Positions 1 through 8,400 are shown, numbered from the stretch's first letter. The stretch is DNA of 55,927 nucleotides from a virus (IMGVR_UViG_3300013093_000056:1-55927), one strand, 5' to 3'. Numbers and translations are program-made. The notes: generated by a model from the letters alone, not told the origin.

Positions 1-41
1 AATCAGATTCTTATAATATAGGCAAACAGAGGAAAACAGAT

Positions 42-440
42 ATGGCTACTCGTTCATTGATCGCCCTTGATAACACTGATGTTTTTACGTCAATCTACTG
101 CCATTGGGACGGATATTTGTCTGTTGTTGGTAGGAGCTTGTTGGAAAACTACAAGGATATCAACGATGTAGAGGAACTCCTTGAATTAGGTGATCTTTCT
201 ACGCTTGGTTATCATCCTACAGAATGCAAGCCTTTTGGAGAATATACAAACGAATGTGCCAAGGATTTCAGCTCGTTACAGAATCTGATCGTGTATTTTA
301 TGAATTCAGATTGTGAATATCTGTATATTTTCAATGGGTTAGGTTGGGAATATATGACAAAGGATATGGATCGGCCTTTGCTGTTGGTTCCTTCTGATGT
401 TAAATCAACCAAATATTCCAATGTTATGTCTGTTAACTAA
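42..440 (+). CDS. Conserved phage hypothetical early protein (SIYCHWDGY motif)
   Basis: 132 aa ORF, AGAGGA RBS upstream and TATAAT at 12-17; the MATRS..I...SIYCHWDGY pattern is common in large myophages. Confidence 0.75.
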   Translation: MATRSLIALDNTDVFTSIYCHWDGYLSVVGRSLLENYKDINDVEELLELGDLSTLGYHPTECKPFGEYTNECAKDFSSLQNLIVYFMNSDCEYLYIFNGLGWEYMTKDMDRPLLLVPSDVKSTKYSNVMSVN

Positions 441-454
441 TTGAATTTACAGCT

Positions 455-514
455 AAAAAACGCCATTGATATTACAGGGTTTTTTATATCCCCTTGATAT
501 TAGTGGCGTTTTTT
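455..514. repeat. Long imperfect inverted repeat / stem-loop in the early intergenic region
   Basis: AAAAAACGCCATTGATATTA (455-474) pairs with TGATATTAGTGGCGTTTTTT (495-514) using G.U pairs; A and T runs flank it, as in a bidirectional terminator. Confidence 0.7.
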
Positions 515-631
515 TTCATCTGGTCGTTCAAATTAGAATAAACTGTGTATTCTACCACCAGCTAAACCAACTTAAAAAATTTCCCTGTATTATCAACGGT
601 GTTATTTTTATACGTTTTTTTAAAAAAATCG

Positions 632-660
632 TTGCCTTTTTATTCTGATTGTCATATTAT
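632..660 (+). promoter_or_regulatory. Sigma70-like early promoter
   Basis: TTGCCT (632-637), 17 nt spacer, TATTAT (655-660); A/T tracts upstream resemble an UP element. Confidence 0.6.
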
Positions 661-673
661 TATAATATAAGCA

Positions 674-886
674 ATGGAGATACAAATGACGATATCAGAA
701 GCAAGTGCAATTATAGACCGTGTCAGGAATGAGAATGGTTTTGGTTTGCTCGAGATTCTTGAGATTATGACAGACGAAAGAGATGCTGGTTATGATTACT
801 GGATCCAGACATACACGTTGCAAGAGCGTCAGGCATATTCTCTATTGATGGATGGTTTCGATAAATTCTTCAATGGAGAAAGCTAA
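674..886 (+). CDS. Hypothetical early protein (start may be the second Met, after GGAGA)
   Basis: 70 aa ORF downstream of the promoter; GGAGA precedes the internal ATG. Confidence 0.7.
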   Translation: MEIQMTISEASAIIDRVRNENGFGLLEILEIMTDERDAGYDYWIQTYTLQERQAYSLLMDGFDKFFNGES

Positions 887-887
887 T

Positions 888-1031
888 ATGACTACCGTAT
901 TTACTGGCCAGAAGGCCTACGTCACTCGCAAGCTTCGTAACCTTCATGGTCGAGGATATGTGATTGTTCGTTCACATAAACATCCGGATGGGTCTGAGAC
1001 CTATGTAATGGAATATGTTGGAAAGAAATAA
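888..1031 (+). CDS. Small hypothetical protein, 47 aa (absent from the ORF track)
   Basis: Manual translation MTTVFTGQKAYVTRKLRNLHGRGYVIVRSHKHPDGSETYVMEYVGKK*; GGAG RBS; fills the gap between neighbours. Confidence 0.7.
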   Translation: MTTVFTGQKAYVTRKLRNLHGRGYVIVRSHKHPDGSETYVMEYVGKK

Positions 1032-1045
1032 TAGGGGTTGTCGAT

Positions 1046-1351
1046 ATGATACTCGATCAATACGACTTTGATAATACAGCTCAGGCTGTTTACATAATGA
1101 ATCCTTCCGCTCAAGAGCGTTATGACTCTTGGGAAGATCTTAAATCTTTCATGGTAGGTATGGCATATCAATATATGGATGACATGGCAAGCTTCTCTAC
1201 TGGTGGTTTTCAATTGACTTCCTTCAAAGGTAAGGGAGAGCACAGCAAAGAAAACTACGTGCGCGCTAGTGTCTCTGCTTATACAGCAAATGAGTTTGCC
1301 AAGCGAATGGAAAATGCTAGCAAGGCATTCAAGCAACTTATGGGAATATAA
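1046..1351 (+). CDS. Hypothetical protein
   Basis: 101 aa ORF with AGGGG RBS, in an operon-like array. Confidence 0.7.
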   Translation: MILDQYDFDNTAQAVYIMNPSAQERYDSWEDLKSFMVGMAYQYMDDMASFSTGGFQLTSFKGKGEHSKENYVRASVSAYTANEFAKRMENASKAFKQLMGI

Positions 1352-1352
1352 T

Positions 1353-1553
1353 ATGAATCAAGAACTACGTGATGCTCTTGATGATGCAGATAAATGGTAT
1401 GAGCTGTATCTTGGTCAGAAGCTTGCCAATGATCGATTGGTTAAGGAAATTAATCAATTGAAAGCCGAGCTGTTGAAATCTGAGCAAGATTATTCTATAG
1501 TATCTGATATGTTAACAGAAGAACAGAATTTAAGGAATCGTGCATATGGCTAA
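1353..1553 (+). CDS. Hypothetical coiled-coil protein (MNQELRD...)
   Basis: ATG at 1353 directly follows the previous stop; heptad-like Leu spacing. Confidence 0.65.
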   Translation: MNQELRDALDDADKWYELYLGQKLANDRLVKEINQLKAELLKSEQDYSIVSDMLTEEQNLRNRAYG

Positions 1554-2652
1554 GTCTTTACTTAAAGTTGGACGTGCAAAAAAAATAAAACGTACAACGA
1601 AGTCTGAGACCTATTTGGTTAACTGGAAATATCTTGGTGATGAGCCCAAGAATATTACTTCCAGGGTAGATTTGATTAAGGCATTTACTTGGTATAATAG
1701 CATGATCGAGAACGAAGAGGCTCGACAGTATATCAAGGATTATTTTAAATCTGACAAGCTGATGCAAAAGATTGTTGACAAGATTCCAGAGAGTAAGATT
1801 CCTCTTACTTCTGCCTGGCTTTGTCGTATTGCTACAAATCACAATCGTGATCTAGAACCTAATGAATGGGTTCGTGTAAATGATGAAATTAAAAAAGCTG
1901 TTGGCTATTATGTAGAAGACAGGCCAGCAAAGGCCGTTGAGAAATCCTCAATTCAAGATCGTGTCAAGGATCGTCTTTCGGATATCATTGGTGACATTGA
2001 GGTAATGATTGATAAGGGTGAGAAGTTTTCCCTTTACGAATGGTTTCAAAAGAATGAAATTCCTGCAATGTATGCTAGCAAGATTGGCAATTACTATCGT
2101 CCAATTAAGGAAGAGCTTGTACTTGCTCAGACTGATCCTGCAGTTGCAGAAGGGTATAAGCACTATTCAACTAAGCAGCTTAAAGAAAGAATAGCTTTCT
2201 ATTCACAGCTTGTAGATGATTGTGGACGTTATGGTGACAACACCAAAAAGGCTAGAGCTCCTCGTAAGAAGAAAGCTCCTACCACAGAAAAACTGTTAAA
2301 GAATTTCACATATCTAAAGGCATACAATGAGTATAAATTACAATCGGTTGACCCCTCAACGATTATTGGCAGTCAAGAGCTTTGGACTTTCGATACTAAG
2401 AGTAATAAGCTCTCCGTCTTTCGTGCTAGGGGTCCTGCAGGGCTTACTATTAAGCGCACTGCTATTGATGGTATCGATGTGGACAATTCACTAAGTAAAA
2501 AGATAGGCCGTAAGACAGAAGAAACTCTCAAGAAGGTTCTTTCTTGTGGTAAGATCGTTCTTCGTAAACTGATGGATGAGATCAACACTGAGCCAACCAA
2601 CTTTACAGATAGGATAAATAATAGTACCATCCTACTTAAAGTTGTGAGGTAA
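1546..2652 (+). CDS. Conserved hypothetical protein of T4-like phages, basic, upstream of RNase H
   Basis: ~368 aa; SVDPSTIIGSQELWTFDTK and RINNSTILLKV motifs are familiar from distant T4-like phages; AAGGA RBS. Confidence 0.75.
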   Translation: MAKSLLKVGRAKKIKRTTKSETYLVNWKYLGDEPKNITSRVDLIKAFTWYNSMIENEEARQYIKDYFKSDKLMQKIVDKIPESKIPLTSAWLCRIATNHNRDLEPNEWVRVNDEIKKAVGYYVEDRPAKAVEKSSIQDRVKDRLSDIIGDIEVMIDKGEKFSLYEWFQKNEIPAMYASKIGNYYRPIKEELVLAQTDPAVAEGYKHYSTKQLKERIAFYSQLVDDCGRYGDNTKKARAPRKKKAPTTEKLLKNFTYLKAYNEYKLQSVDPSTIIGSQELWTFDTKSNKLSVFRARGPAGLTIKRTAIDGIDVDNSLSKKIGRKTEETLKKVLSCGKIVLRKLMDEINTEPTNFTDRINNSTILLKVVR

Positions 2653-2653
2653 T

Positions 2654-2998
2654 ATGACTGATAACGTAATAGAGTTTCCTAGAAACAAGTCTCAGATCTT
2701 TCCTATAAATCTCGAAGAGTCCTTAGAACACATCGACGAAGTACGTAAAGAATATTGTGATGAGGTTTGCACAGATGCAGTGGAAGCTGTGTTTTCAGTA
2801 TTTCAATCTTATGGAATATTTGTAAAGCCAGATGAATCTGCAATTAAAAATATAGTATTCATGGAAGAGGCTATTAAATCTCTTCTCTACTCACAAAAAA
2901 ATGTTGAGCATTCATTCCAAGAGATTGCAGATAGTGTTATCACAATTAATGGTGATGCAAGAGAAGAAATGGAAAGAATTATAGAGGAGCACAGTTGA
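2654..2998 (+). CDS. Hypothetical protein (DNVIEFP N-terminus)
   Basis: 114 aa, GAGG RBS, acidic. Confidence 0.75.
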   Translation: MTDNVIEFPRNKSQIFPINLEESLEHIDEVRKEYCDEVCTDAVEAVFSVFQSYGIFVKPDESAIKNIVFMEEAIKSLLYSQKNVEHSFQEIADSVITINGDAREEMERIIEEHS

Positions 2999-3023
2999 TT
3001 AATTAACACATACATACTATAAT
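2995..3023 (+). promoter_or_regulatory. Sigma70-like promoter for the rnh operon
   Basis: TTGATT (2995-3000), 17 nt spacer, TATAAT (3018-3023). Confidence 0.7.
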
Positions 3024-3061
3024 AATAATGTGTTAATATTAAATTAAGTGGAACCTATATT

Positions 3062-3898
3062 ATGATTTTGGTAGATTTCAATCAAGTGATGATTTCCAAT
3101 CTGATGATGCAGCTTGGCAATCATACAAACATACCTATTGAAGAAGGATTGTTTCGACATATGGTCGTCAATTCACTTCGTTCGTACAAGCAAAAATTTA
3201 GCGACCAATATGGCGAAATGGTTATTGCTTGTGACGATAAAAACTATTGGCGTAAGCAAGTATATCCTTACTACAAAGCCAATCGTAAAAAGAATCGAGA
3301 TGCTTCTGAGATTAACTGGACTCAGGTATTCGAAACATTCAATAAAATTAAAAGCGAGATTAAGGATAACTTTCCTTACAGAGTTATTCAAGTTGATTCT
3401 GCAGAAGCAGATGACATTATTGCCACTCTTGTTGGAAATGCAGAAGGAAAAGTATTGATTCTTTCTGGTGACAAAGACTTTATTCAATTACATTCAGATA
3501 AAGTTAAGCAGTATGATCCCGTTCGAAAAAAATGGATCTCACATGATAATCCTCAAAAATATCTTCTCGAACACATCCTAAAAGGTGATGCAGGCGATGG
3601 CATTCCTAATGTGCTATCAAACGACGATGTGTTTGTTACTAATGGTCGTCAGCGTCCACTTACTCAAAAGCGTATAGATAAGATCTATAATGACGGAGCA
3701 GTATTGTTGGATCCTGTTGCTGATAGAAACTTTATGCGTAACAAACAGCTAGTTGACCTTTCACTTGTTCCTGAATATATTAAAAATGAGGTTATTAATA
3801 AATATAACGAGGAATCAGGTAAGGACAAAAGCAAATTGTTCAATTACTTTATTTCTCATAACCTTAAACTATTGATGGAAAACGTAGGTGAATTTTAA
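3062..3898 (+). CDS. rnh: T4-like RNase H (FEN/5'-3' exonuclease family)
   Basis: MILVDFNQ, YYKANR, EADDIIA, ILSGDKDFIQL and KGDAGDGIPN motifs. Confidence 0.95.
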   Translation: MILVDFNQVMISNLMMQLGNHTNIPIEEGLFRHMVVNSLRSYKQKFSDQYGEMVIACDDKNYWRKQVYPYYKANRKKNRDASEINWTQVFETFNKIKSEIKDNFPYRVIQVDSAEADDIIATLVGNAEGKVLILSGDKDFIQLHSDKVKQYDPVRKKWISHDNPQKYLLEHILKGDAGDGIPNVLSNDDVFVTNGRQRPLTQKRIDKIYNDGAVLLDPVADRNFMRNKQLVDLSLVPEYIKNEVINKYNEESGKDKSKLFNYFISHNLKLLMENVGEF

Positions 3899-3899
3899 C

Positions 3900-4331
3900 A
3901 TGTCACAATTTAAATTTAAAATGGACTCAGTGTCTAAAGTACTAGAACAAATCAACCAAATTAAAAAGAAAGAAGACAGAGTAGAAGCTTTGAAAGCAAA
4001 TGGACATAATGTCCTTAAGTCTGTCTTAAATGGAATGTTTAATCCAAACATTCACTTCGAGCTACCAGAAGGAGCTCCTCCTTATAAGCCAAATCAATTT
4101 GATGAGCCAAAGGCTCTTTTGAATGAGGTTTCACGCTTTTACCTTCTTACAAAAGCTGGACATCCAACATTACCAAAACAAAAAAGAGAACAAATCTTTA
4201 TTCAGATGCTCGAGTTTGTCAATGCTGATGATGCCAAGCTTCTTATTGCAATGAAGGATAAAACCAGTCCTTATAAGAACATTACTAAGGACGTTGTAGC
4301 TGCTGCATTTCCGGAGTTGGGAATCCAATGA
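3900..4331 (+). CDS. Conserved T4-like hypothetical protein (DUF6433-like)
   Basis: LPEGAPPY and KREQIFIQMLE motifs; usual position after rnh. Confidence 0.7.
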   Translation: MSQFKFKMDSVSKVLEQINQIKKKEDRVEALKANGHNVLKSVLNGMFNPNIHFELPEGAPPYKPNQFDEPKALLNEVSRFYLLTKAGHPTLPKQKREQIFIQMLEFVNADDAKLLIAMKDKTSPYKNITKDVVAAAFPELGIQ

Positions 4332-4516
4332 CTATTAAGGCCGAAAAGTATTTTAACAAAAGTACTAAGAGTAAGAAGAAAAATAAATTTATTGACGAAG
4401 AATATGTTTCTCTTAACGATATTAAAAGAGATCGTCACCAAAAGCAATTCCGCAATTATGATAATGCTCTTAGAGCAAAGAACTTGGATAGATTACTATC
4501 CTATGAGGATGACTAA
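4328..4516 (+). CDS. Hypothetical basic protein
   Basis: 62 aa; ATGA overlap with upstream gene. Confidence 0.65.
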   Translation: MTIKAEKYFNKSTKSKKKNKFIDEEYVSLNDIKRDRHQKQFRNYDNALRAKNLDRLLSYEDD

Positions 4517-4701
4517 TGGATACTTTTATGGCTGCGGCCGGTTACACGATATTGATTATGGTTGTTTCTTACATTTATTTTCTCAGAGGCAAGAAACAAG
4601 GAATGGAAGAAGTGCTTACATTTATTGATCGTCATGAACCTACAGTGTTGAATAAGATTAACCAAAAACTTTCAGAGGAATTTAATGTCACAATTACTTA
4701 A
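4516..4701 (+). CDS. Small membrane protein
   Basis: Hydrophobic N-terminal helix (AAAGYTILIMVVSYIYFL) followed by RGKK; TAATG coupling. Confidence 0.65.
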   Translation: MDTFMAAAGYTILIMVVSYIYFLRGKKQGMEEVLTFIDRHEPTVLNKINQKLSEEFNVTIT

Positions 4702-4882
4702 CAGCAATCCTGAATCATCAACAAAAATAATTGATGAGTATTACAATCCAAAAAACTTGAGTGAGAAAGCTCATTTACAGGATTTGGTCGAAGAGGAAAT
4801 GAGATCCAAAAACCTCGATCCGCTAAATAAGGAAGACGTTCAAAAGTATTGGGCGTCGAAGGGTATCAATTTAAATGGCTAA
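4685..4882 (+). CDS. Hypothetical protein
   Basis: 65 aa, GAGGA RBS. Confidence 0.65.
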   Translation: MSQLLNSNPESSTKIIDEYYNPKNLSEKAHLQDLVEEEMRSKNLDPLNKEDVQKYWASKGINLNG

Positions 4883-5111
4883 TTATACTTTTTATAATAA
4901 AGAGACCAAAGAGGAATCTATAATCAGTATGCCAATATCTGAGTTAGATTCATTCAAACAAGCCAACCCTCATCTCGAGCAACTACTCACCGTCCTCACA
5001 ATTGCTGATCCAACCAGACTTGGGCTTAGAAAGCCTGATTCTGGTTTTCGTGATGTTTTAAAGCGTATTAAATCTTCAAGTGGGAGGAAGAATACAATTA
5101 ACACATGGTAA
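4875..5111 (+). CDS. FmdB-like small protein of T4-like phages (no Cys)
   Basis: MANYTF..K.T and KPDSGFRDVLKRIK pattern; usual position upstream of phoH. Confidence 0.6.
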   Translation: MANYTFYNKETKEESIISMPISELDSFKQANPHLEQLLTVLTIADPTRLGLRKPDSGFRDVLKRIKSSSGRKNTINTW

Positions 5112-5131
5112 CATAACTTAAGAGGTAACCT

Positions 5132-5935
5132 ATGGAAAGAATCTCACGCGCTGAAAAAAGAATTCAAAAACAACAAAGACGCAACGAGGCTCAACAAAAT
5201 AAAAACCATCTTATACTAAAACACATAGAACCAAAAACAAAAAATCAGGAGTTAGTATTCAGAGAATTTTCCACTGGTAAAAATTTATTAATTCACGGTT
5301 ACCCAGGTACAGGTAAATCATTTATTTCGCTTTATTTGGCACTAGCAGAAATAGAAGATTTTAAATCGTACCACAATATTACAATTATTAGATCAGTAGT
5401 CCCATCAAGAGACATGGGATTCCTTCCAGGATCTATTAAAGAAAAATCAAAGATCTATGAAGCACCATATCAATCAATCTGTACAGAGTTGTATGGTAGA
5501 GGAGATGCTTACGAAATCCTTAAACAAAAAAATGTTATTACTTTTGAAACTTCTTCTTTCTTAAGAGGAGTAACATTTGAAGACACAATTGTAATTGTTG
5601 ATGAATGTCAGAACATGACTTATCAAGAGTTGTGCACTATTATTACAAGAGCAGGAAACAATTGTAAGGTTATTTTCTGTGGTGATTATAGACAAACTGA
5701 TTTAAGATGGGATGATGAAAAGTCTGGTATATTCCAATTCATGAACATCCTACATAAGATGACAAGATATTTTACTTGTATTGAATTGAACGAAGAAGAT
5801 ATTGTTAGATCAGGCTTGGTCAAAGATTTTATTATAAAGAAGATGCAAATTGAAAATACCAACAGAGTTCCACTCAGAGCTGCCGGCTCTTTTAGCCCAA
5901 CGCAAGCACTTCACACATCTCAAAAGGACCCTTGA
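5132..5935 (+). CDS. phoH: PhoH-like ATPase
   Basis: Walker A GYPGTGKS, GFLPG, FLRGVT, IVDECQN, TRAG, GDYRQTD and IVRS motifs. Confidence 0.95.
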   Translation: MERISRAEKRIQKQQRRNEAQQNKNHLILKHIEPKTKNQELVFREFSTGKNLLIHGYPGTGKSFISLYLALAEIEDFKSYHNITIIRSVVPSRDMGFLPGSIKEKSKIYEAPYQSICTELYGRGDAYEILKQKNVITFETSSFLRGVTFEDTIVIVDECQNMTYQELCTIITRAGNNCKVIFCGDYRQTDLRWDDEKSGIFQFMNILHKMTRYFTCIELNEEDIVRSGLVKDFIIKKMQIENTNRVPLRAAGSFSPTQALHTSQKDP

Positions 5936-6587
5936 TCTTATTGATACAGGTGATTTGCTTGAACAAGTAAATACAGACTCCGGTAGGTATTATAAGACAC
6001 CTACCGGAGCTCTATATCCATCCGTAACAACAGTAACAGGATTATTTGGTGCAGATGCAATTAAGCAATGGCGAGCTAGAGTCGGCGATCAAGAAGCAAA
6101 TAGAATTAGCAGCCAAGCATCTACTCGAGGTACACGCATTCATCAACTCTGCGAAAACTATCTCAATAACGATGACATCGATACCTCTAAATATACTTTC
6201 GATGATGTTGAAAACTTCAGATTACTTAAACAGCAACTCGACACAAACATCGACAACATCCACCTACAAGAAGTAAGATTGTATTCAGATTATCTTAAGA
6301 TGGCTGGTACAGTAGACTGTATTGCAGAATGGAAAGGTAAGTTGGCTATCATAGATTTTAAGACAGCGAGAAAGCCAAAGAATAAAGAATACATATTGAA
6401 TTATTTTTGTCAGGCTTCTGCATATGCAATCATGTATGAAGAAAGATATAATATTCCTGTAAGTAGAATAGTGATTCTTATTTCAGTAGATAATGAACTA
6501 CCTCAAGTGTTTGAAGACTACAGAGACAACTATGTAAAACCTCTAATGGAAATTAGAGAAAAATATAAACAAAAGTTTGGAGTATAA
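5850..6587 (+). CDS. PD-(D/E)XK Cas4-like exonuclease; start uncertain
   Basis: YPSVTTV, RGTRIH, AGTVDCIA, IIDFKT and QASAYA motifs. Confidence 0.88.
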   Translation: MKIPTEFHSELPALLAQRKHFTHLKRTLDLIDTGDLLEQVNTDSGRYYKTPTGALYPSVTTVTGLFGADAIKQWRARVGDQEANRISSQASTRGTRIHQLCENYLNNDDIDTSKYTFDDVENFRLLKQQLDTNIDNIHLQEVRLYSDYLKMAGTVDCIAEWKGKLAIIDFKTARKPKNKEYILNYFCQASAYAIMYEERYNIPVSRIVILISVDNELPQVFEDYRDNYVKPLMEIREKYKQKFGV

Positions 6588-6589
6588 CA

Positions 6590-6763
6590 ATGTTTGGTTT
6601 GTTTGGGAAGGGCAAAACAATTGCTAAATCTAAAACATCAAAGGTCGTTAAGACAAAGAGTGGATCTTCTACATTCAGTAAAATTAAATCTAATGGTAAA
6701 ACCAAATGGATTAAAACTGGTGGTACTGGAAGTTTTAAGAAGCGTGGACGTAAAGCAAAGTAA
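6590..6763 (+). CDS. Very basic 57 aa protein (absent from the ORF track)
   Basis: MFGLFGKGKTIAKSKTSKVVKTKSGSSTFSKIKSNGKTKWIKTGGTGSFKKRGRKAK*; GGAG RBS; fits between neighbours without overlap. Confidence 0.7.
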   Translation: MFGLFGKGKTIAKSKTSKVVKTKSGSSTFSKIKSNGKTKWIKTGGTGSFKKRGRKAK

Positions 6764-6771
6764 GGTTTATT

Positions 6772-7389
6772 ATGGATAGTTTGATACAAGTATTTGATAA
6801 TACATTAGATGAAAAAGCATGTGATGACTTGATCGATTTCTTTAATTCATATCAACCAGAAGATAATGATGACAAGAAACGAAGATACGAATTAAATATG
6901 ATGCCTAATTTTACTCTGTTTAAATTTACTAAACTGAGAGAACAAAAACCAGAACTTCATGATTATTTTCTAAGTTCCGCTCAATATGTAATTGGTGAGT
7001 ATAGAAAAAGAACACCTGCTTCTAATTTTTGGCCTGAGAAGTATGGGTTTGAAGAGTTTAAAGTCAAGTACTATAACAAAGATCTTCAAGACCAATTTAC
7101 CATCCATACAGATGCTACCACATTAGAAAGATCAAAAAGGTTCTTTGCTTTTTTTTGGTATCTGAATGATGTCGAACAAGGTGGTGAAACAGAATTTCCT
7201 GATCTTGGTATAAAAATTAAACCCAAGAAAGGAAGAATAGTAATGTTTCCTCCTTTCTGGATGTATCCTCATATTGGCCATCCTCCTATATCAAATGACA
7301 AATACCTTTTGAGTGTTTACCTACATTATGTTGATAATATTAAACCAGGTGAGCCCAATTATCTTGGTTCAGGACCGTTATTAAAATGA
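6772..7389 (+). CDS. 2OG-Fe(II) oxygenase, prolyl-4-hydroxylase-like
   Basis: HTD iron motif, WYLNDVEQGGETEF, and FPPFWMYPH...K motifs. Confidence 0.9.
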   Translation: MDSLIQVFDNTLDEKACDDLIDFFNSYQPEDNDDKKRRYELNMMPNFTLFKFTKLREQKPELHDYFLSSAQYVIGEYRKRTPASNFWPEKYGFEEFKVKYYNKDLQDQFTIHTDATTLERSKRFFAFFWYLNDVEQGGETEFPDLGIKIKPKKGRIVMFPPFWMYPHIGHPPISNDKYLLSVYLHYVDNIKPGEPNYLGSGPLLK

Positions 7390-8060
7390 TAATGAACATT
7401 TTCAGTACACCTATTACTGTCTATAATTTTGGAGAGAATTCTAGACAGTTAAACAAAAGACTGATAGAAGATATAATGTCTGAACAATACTCTCGTCCTG
7501 GCTTTGAAAGATCGGGAGTAAATGTTTGGCAAAGTGATGAAGGTATGGAAAAGAGACATGAAAGTTTTACACTTTTAAGATCTCTTGTGTTTCCTGTTGT
7601 TCATAATTTTATAGATTCTATAGGTGCAAAAGAAACAAACGATAGTAAATTTGCTATCGAAAATTTTTGGGCCAATGTTAACACTAACCAAAATGCATTT
7701 CACTTGCCCCACATTCATGGAGTAGGTCGTACGTTTTTATCTGGTGTGTATTATCCATCTTCTGGTATTAAAAATGATATTGATCTTTCTGATCAACAAG
7801 ACCTAAATGAAAATATTCAAATTGTTTCTACTAACAGGCCACCACCTGGTAGTCTAGTACTTCACGATCCTTCTCAATTTGTTAAAACGCAAGTTAGACC
7901 AGATAACCTTCAAAGCCATCCTTACTTTGGTCTTCCTATTATAGTTGTTCCTAAAGAAGGTGCTCTTGTTTTGTTTCCAAATTATATTCCTCACAGTGTT
8001 GTTCCTACAGCAGAACCTGACTTAACAAGAATCAGTATAGCTTTTGAAGTAACAATATAA
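7386..8060 (+). CDS. Putative 2OG-Fe(II) oxygenase (TIGR02466-like)
   Basis: WANVN, PHIH, LSGVYY, LFPNYIPHSV and RISIAF motifs. Confidence 0.85.
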   Translation: MIMNIFSTPITVYNFGENSRQLNKRLIEDIMSEQYSRPGFERSGVNVWQSDEGMEKRHESFTLLRSLVFPVVHNFIDSIGAKETNDSKFAIENFWANVNTNQNAFHLPHIHGVGRTFLSGVYYPSSGIKNDIDLSDQQDLNENIQIVSTNRPPPGSLVLHDPSQFVKTQVRPDNLQSHPYFGLPIIVVPKEGALVLFPNYIPHSVVPTAEPDLTRISIAFEVTI

Positions 8061-8064
8061 ATTG

Positions 8065-8095
8065 TTGACTTGCTAATTATTTTATGCTATAAATA
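8065..8095 (+). promoter_or_regulatory. Overlapping sigma70-type and T4 late promoter for tmRNA
   Basis: TTGACT (8065-8070), 17 nt spacer, TATAAA; the -10 box is also a perfect TATAAATA late consensus (8088-8095). Confidence 0.75.
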
Positions 8096-8099
8096 TAAT

Positions 8100-8400
8100 G
8101 CTGATGTTGTTGACATCTAGTAGAATAGACATTCTGGACCTGGGGGCAGTACCCAGCGCTTCCACCAAAGGTACATATGAGGGTTGAAGTCCCTAGTTGT
8201 TTGGCGGTAGCGGAACATTCCAGCCTCGGGTATGTATCTTTGATGGGGGCGAAATAGGATCGACAGGTGTAGTAAAGACAAGATCGAGACTGAAGCAAAC
8301 TCGTAAATGCAAACGATAACAATGCATATGGTGCTTACGCTCTAGCAGCTTGAGTCACATGAGCTTCGTGGGTTGTGCTTGGAAACAGAAACAGCCCACA
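8100..8400 (+). ncRNA. ssrA: Circularly permuted two-piece tmRNA, alphaproteobacterial type; tag ANDNNAYGAYALAA
   Basis: Acceptor piece comes first: T-arm CTGGG-GGCAGTA-CCCAG (8140-8156) then CGCTTCC-A-CCA ending 8167. Coding piece starts GGGGGCGAAATAGGATCGAC at 8245; the acceptor stem has a G3.U pair. Tag ORF 8309-8353 follows TAAAT. 3' hairpin at 8368-8399. Outer ends are approximate. Confidence 0.95.

Noticed and set aside
466-648. Track ORF of 60 aa in the early intergenic region
   Set aside because: No RBS; it runs through a hairpin, T-tracts and a promoter
5850-6587. Cas4-like gene as part of a CRISPR system
   Set aside because: Stand-alone exonuclease usual beside phoH in T4-like phages; no other cas genes or array
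6594-6779. Track ORF MVCLGRAK... (61 aa)
   Set aside because: Non-ATG start and overlap with the next gene; the ATG frame at 6590 has an RBS and fits better
8136-8167. tRNA gene
   Set aside because: Only a T-arm and 3' acceptor strand, with no anticodon arm; it is the tmRNA acceptor piece
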